Positions 60,244 through 64,000 of a DNA stretch of 64,000 nt are shown here, in pieces (positions within the stretch are counted from its first letter, which is position 1; each line of letters opens with the position of its first letter). The notes below the pieces were generated by a model. It ran no database searches. It was not told the DNA's origin and saw only the letters and a list, made by a program, of their open reading frames with translations. Source of the stretch: a virus (taxonomy: Duplodnaviria; Caudoviricetes); IMG/VR virus record IMGVR_UViG_2832410175_000003, positions 96,001 through 160,000 of that record. One strand, 5' to 3'. The position numbers and the translations under genes were made by a program.

Positions 60244-60580
60244 TTATATCCTTGTTGGAGATTACTACATCCCGGACTTGAAGTTGCCGGAGGAACACCG
60301 CCCCATCGGAAAGTACGGACGGATGCACCGGGAATATTTAAGAGAAGTCTGCCCAGCCAGATTACACACATTGACCCTGACCGGGGAATTGTGGACATAT
60401 CTTGCAGACCTGAACGAACAGGCACAGAAACGGTTAGACACCATCATGGAGCAGATGAAAGCTGCCGAGGGCGTGACCGAGGAATTGAAGCGTACCCGTC
60501 AAATGGAATGGGTGCAGCGTTGCAATAACATTCACAACCGGGCAGAAGAAATTGTTTTACATGAGATGATTTATTCATAA
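60203..60580 (+). CDS. tnpV: TnpV-family protein
   Basis: Paralog of 44928-45311. Confidence 0.88.
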   Translation: MSELKPRIKENGIDYILVGDYYIPDLKLPEEHRPIGKYGRMHREYLREVCPARLHTLTLTGELWTYLADLNEQAQKRLDTIMEQMKAAEGVTEELKRTRQMEWVQRCNNIHNRAEEIVLHEMIYS

Positions 60581-60631
60581 CGGTATGGTAGAATGATTAT
60601 TACAAATTAGAAGTTGTAAAGGAGACTTTGT

Positions 60632-61123
60632 ATGGGTAGAAAAGAAATAACAACAAAAGAAGATTTAATGAAAGTAATAGAATTATTCGAAAATACTGGA
60701 ATTACATACTGGTTGGATGGCGGATGGGGTGTAGATATTTTAGCTGGTAAACAAACAAGAATTCATAGAGATATAGATATAAATTTTGATGCTCAACATA
60801 CGGAAAAATTGTTAAATGTGCTTTTGAATCTGGGCTATAAAATTGATACAGACTGGAAACCGGTTAGAATAGAGTTATATAGTGATGAACTTGGTTACTT
60901 AGACATTCACCCGTTCGTTTTAAGTGAGGACGGAACTTCAAAACAAGCTGATTTAGAGGGTGGCTGGTATGAGTTTGAAAAAGATTACTTTGGTAGTGCT
61001 TTTTTTGAAGGAAAAACAATTCCTTGTATATCCTTAAAAGGCCAAAGAGTTTTCCATTCAGGTTATGAATTAAGAGATAAAGATAAGCATGATATTTCAA
61101 TTCTTGAAAGTTTATCAAAATAA
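60632..61123 (+). CDS. lnu: Lincosamide nucleotidyltransferase, Lnu(A)-like
   Basis: YWLDGGWGVD, HRDIDI.FDAQHT, GYLDIHP, IPCIS, FHSGY as in Lnu(A); AT-rich. Confidence 0.85.
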   Translation: MGRKEITTKEDLMKVIELFENTGITYWLDGGWGVDILAGKQTRIHRDIDINFDAQHTEKLLNVLLNLGYKIDTDWKPVRIELYSDELGYLDIHPFVLSEDGTSKQADLEGGWYEFEKDYFGSAFFEGKTIPCISLKGQRVFHSGYELRDKDKHDISILESLSK

Positions 61124-61241
61124 CATTGCTGTAATTTCTAAGATAAATTCCACTTTATCGCTTTGAAATTTTAACTGAATAAGTATAGCACCAACCGCTG
61201 CTACATGGAAGCAAACACAACCATGCAACAGCGGTTTTTCT

Positions 61242-62048
61242 TTACCGTTTTTTCCTTTGACTGATAGGAGTTCCTGTTTTCTTTGATTTTTGTAGAATCC
61301 GAATGAGCCAGCGAAATTCTTCGTCTGACAGATTTTTATAGTTGATGCCGAGCTGCTTGCAGTAAAGGACAACCAGCTTTTCATCCCGACTGCCCTTGAA
61401 ATTTTCAACCGCTTCCAAATTTTCTTTCAATTCATCGGCAACGGTGGTCTGGGGCGCACTCTCGCTGTCCTTTTTGTGGGCTTCCCGAATATCCCGGATA
61501 ATGAGATTGAGGTCATCAAGAACCATGTGGCTGAAATATTCATCATCGCTGATATGGGCGGCTTGCAGCACTTTCAAATGCGGGTCGTCTTCGCCGGGGC
61601 GATACCGTTCAATGATTTCATGCCGGACAGTATCGACAAGGGCGTTGAGGTTTTGAATCTGCATGGTGGCAATCCCATCTACATAAATCTCAATGTCCGC
61701 AAGAAACTTGATAAAGTCCTTATGAGTGGCAAGCTCACAGAGCAGACGGTTGTTAATCCGACCGCCTTTCAGAAGTGCCACCATCTCATCATTCAAATGC
61801 AGCTCTGTTAGTGGCGTGTTGATCTGCTCCCGGTTCTCTGTCCGGCACAGCAGATAATCAACGGAAACCCCATAGAAGTCTGCCAGCGTGATAAGGTTGC
61901 CATGATTGATTTCCTTATAATCCTCTTTTTCATAACTGCCAAGAGCTGATTTGGAAATGCCCGTCAGCTCTGATAATTCTTCCAGATTTAAGCCTTTGTC
62001 CTTGCGGAGTTCCCAAAGGCGTTCCTGTATGCTTGTCGCTCCTTTCAT
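61242..62048 (-). CDS. XRE-family HTH regulator
   Basis: LNLEELSELTGISKSALGSYE; paralog of 45362-46210. Confidence 0.88.
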   Translation of the reverse strand: MKGATSIQERLWELRKDKGLNLEELSELTGISKSALGSYEKEDYKEINHGNLITLADFYGVSVDYLLCRTENREQINTPLTELHLNDEMVALLKGGRINNRLLCELATHKDFIKFLADIEIYVDGIATMQIQNLNALVDTVRHEIIERYRPGEDDPHLKVLQAAHISDDEYFSHMVLDDLNLIIRDIREAHKKDSESAPQTTVADELKENLEAVENFKGSRDEKLVVLYCKQLGINYKNLSDEEFRWLIRILQKSKKTGTPISQRKKR

Positions 62049-62223
62049 GGGCGCACGCTCCTTTCCGGCGGTTTCATTACTGCCGCTTAACTGGATTATA
62101 TCATACTTTCCGCAATCGTGGAAATTTCTGATTTTTACCCTTAATTCCTACTTTGTGGACATACGGCACAGGGCACAAAAATGTTCTATGATACAGGTAG
62201 TTCATCGATGGATTATTCCAATC

Positions 62224-62357
62224 GAATGACCAGCCTGTGTGGGATATGCTTCCCCGGCGATGTAGCGCCATGACTTTTGGCAGGGATATGGAGGAACCCT
62301 GACCGAAACGAGCGTACCAAAGGGAGCAATACGCCGCTGTGAGATTCAGGGGAGGAA
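62224..62357 (+). ncRNA. Candidate structured non-coding element, copy 2
   Basis: Same blocks as 46376-46473 plus an inserted hairpin. Confidence 0.45.
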
Positions 62358-62531
62358 CGACACCGGGGAGAACTGGCGAACTGATACCGAAATGATACCG
62401 AAACACGACAATCTGATAGGGGGATAGTCTACCCTATTGCTGATACTTCTGGAGATTTTAGACGGCTCTATGACCGTAATTTTGCCGAAAATCGCCCCGA
62501 AACTATACACTAAAACGGGAGGAAACGCAAT

Positions 62532-62720
62532 ATGCCGAGAATGAGCAAAAAGAGGAAGCATGAGCTTTCTTTTTACCTCAATGACCGGGGGCGTGTCACT
62601 TACAACGAATTATGCCGGAAATGCAAGCATGGGTGCAAGCAGAGCTTCCGGGCGGTTGTGGTTGACTGCCCCCGTTATTTATCCAAAAGAGCAAAGAAAA
62701 AGGAGGAACACACCGAATGA
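62532..62720 (+). CDS. Small Cys-containing basic protein
   Basis: CRKCKHGCKQS...CPRY. Confidence 0.65.
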   Translation: MPRMSKKRKHELSFYLNDRGRVTYNELCRKCKHGCKQSFRAVVVDCPRYLSKRAKKKEEHTE

Positions 62721-63058
62721 ATTTTGAATTTATGACGATAGGCACACCGTTGCCGCCCTGTATGCCCTTTCCCAGAGCGTTGACAGGATTTCCAGTCAGC
62801 AGCACCGCAAAGGTCATGTACTGCCGGATGTTGGACGCTATGCTATCCAACGGACAGGAGGACGAGAACGGAATCCTGTTTATCTGCTTCCCTGTCACAG
62901 CCATTGCCGCAGTCCTGTCCCGCAGCCCCATGACGGTCAAGCGTTCTCTGAATGAACTGGAAACCGCCGGACTGATCATGCGAGTGCGTCAGGGCGTTGG
63001 AGAACCAAACAGGATTTATGTGCTGATACCGGGAAAGGAGGACGCTGCCCTTGCCTGA
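62717..63058 (+). CDS. Short RepA_N-like winged-helix protein
   Basis: AKVMYCRMLD...ELETAGLIMRVRQGVGEPNRIYV. Confidence 0.75.
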   Translation: MNFEFMTIGTPLPPCMPFPRALTGFPVSSTAKVMYCRMLDAMLSNGQEDENGILFICFPVTAIAAVLSRSPMTVKRSLNELETAGLIMRVRQGVGEPNRIYVLIPGKEDAALA

Positions 63059-63347
63059 TACCTCAAAGCTGGAAAAGCTCAACCGAGAGTTGGAAAAGAG
63101 TGAAAAGAAACTGCGGAAAGCCATCAATGATGAAAAGGCATTGCAGCACCAGCTAAAGCAGCTTACCCGAAAAGAACGGACACACCGGCTCTGTACTCGT
63201 GGCGGTATGCTGGAAAGTTTTCTGCAAGAGCCGGAACGCCTGACAGATGATGATGTCATGCTGTTGTTGACACTCATTTTTCACAGGCAGGACACGCAGG
63301 AACTATTGAAGAAACTGCTGGAACGTGAGAAGCCGGAAACCCCTTAG
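63051..63347 (+). CDS. DUF3847-like protein
   Basis: RKERTHRLCTRGGMLES. Confidence 0.75.
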   Translation: MPDTSKLEKLNRELEKSEKKLRKAINDEKALQHQLKQLTRKERTHRLCTRGGMLESFLQEPERLTDDDVMLLLTLIFHRQDTQELLKKLLEREKPETP

Positions 63348-63352
63348 TTTAC

Positions 63353-63392
63353 TAAGGGCGCAATTATACACCACCCAAAGGTTGGTGCATTG
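63353..63392 (-). other. MOBQ-type oriT
   Basis: Minus strand TAATTGCGCCCT (63366-63355), one mismatch to the MOBQ nic core TAAGTGCGCCCT; adjacent hairpin CACCACCC-aaa-GGTTGGTG. Confidence 0.65.
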
Positions 63393-63699
63393 CGTTCTCC
63401 GAAGGCTCCTTGCCGGAGGGCTGTGATTTTTCGCAGTCATGGTCTGCTCCAAATCATACAGGGGACGCTACGCTTCCCCTGCGCTGGCTACCGCCAGCTA
63501 CCCTTTTGTGGACTTGTCATCTGGGGACACCTTGCGTTGCAAGCTGTTCCCAGCCGACAAGTTTCATAAAATATGCTATCTTTTCGATAGGCAATAAAGT
63601 ATAATAAAGTCAGCAATAAATCGGAATTTTACGGTCAGTAAGGAATGCGTAAAGTTATATGATTGTATTATAAGCGATTTGTTAAATTTTTATAACCAC

Positions 63700-63728
63700 T
63701 TGTATTTGCCTGCGATTTATGGTATAAT
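63700..63728 (+). promoter_or_regulatory. SigA promoter with extended -10
   Basis: TTGTAT-N17-TATAAT, with TG upstream of the -10. Confidence 0.65.
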
Positions 63729-63959
63729 ATTTTGAAATTTAGAAAGAGGTGGGAAGATGATTAACTTTTCTTGCAAATAAAATCAAAATATGCGGTAGTG
63801 CTATACTTTGGCATTATTGTGTCTATTGCAAGAAAGTTATATGTCTATCTTACTCAATATAGTGCTGTTGCCACTTTTGCTTAGTGGTGTTATTTTATGC
63901 TATGACGAGCTGCAAGGATAAACTTTCTTGTGGCTCTTATTTTGTTTTGGAGGTGCTTT

Positions 63960-64000
63960 ATGAATAGTGCAGAACAGATAGTTACACATGATTCACTCCG
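63960..64000 (+). CDS. Start of an unidentified CDS (window edge)
   Basis: GGAGGT RBS then MNSAEQIVTHDSL. Confidence 0.5.
   Translation, partial: MNSAEQIVTHDSL

Larger units (their letters stand above)
59808..64000 (+). mobile_element. IME2 inserted in maff2 (right end outside the window)
   Basis: maff2 breaks at ATG-GC; HTH, TnpV, XRE, RepA_N-like, DUF3847-like genes and a MOBQ-like oriT follow. Confidence 0.8.

Noticed and set aside
63841-63921. 26-aa hydrophobic ORF MSILLNIVLLPLLLSGVILCYDELQG
   Set aside because: No convincing RBS; it may be incidental within the leader, so it is not called as a CDS

Overview
Mobile-element-dominated window, probably from a Clostridia (Oscillospiraceae-like) chromosome, in four blocks. 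(1) 1-19090 is the right arm of a large temperate prophage. It carries an RNA ligase end, an HD hydrolase, a frameshifted PAPS-reductase-like gene and a full replisome (SSAP, SSB, PD-(D/E)XK nuclease, DnaB, DnaG, DnaE). Next come thyX, a kinase, nrdD split by a 303-nt group I intron at the catalytic Cys codon, nrdG and dut. The arm ends with two unannotated type I toxin-like peptide genes, an SOS-boxed gene and an xis-int-mobC module at a duplicated guaA 3' end (attR). (2) 19400-21400 holds IS256 remnants and tRNA-Ala(GGC). (3) 21.5-44.8 kb is an ICE segment: toprim protein, Cys/His-repeat SLH surface protein, SSB, ParB-like, ParM/ParR-like pair, two DNA methyltransferases, MetK, a PAPS-reductase-like enzyme, amidoligase/GGCT, a HipA-like kinase pair, oriT, MobC, MOBP relaxase, PcfB and VirD4. 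(4) 44.8 kb to the end: VirD4 is broken by a serine-recombinase IME (TnpV, XRE, MOBV-like relaxase, CHC2/VapE, TnpX-like recombinase, lipoprotein/membrane cargo). After it lie a virD4 3' end from a different ICE family and a truncated maff2, into which a second IME is inserted, carrying an Lnu(A)-family lincosamide nucleotidyltransferase. The most notable unexplained signals are 12-bp inverted-repeat boundaries around AT-rich cargo genes (a possible cassette system), a conserved structured non-coding element in both IMEs, two classes of C-terminal peptide tails on ICE proteins, and non-canonical start codons. All calls were made by eye from motifs; no database search was run.
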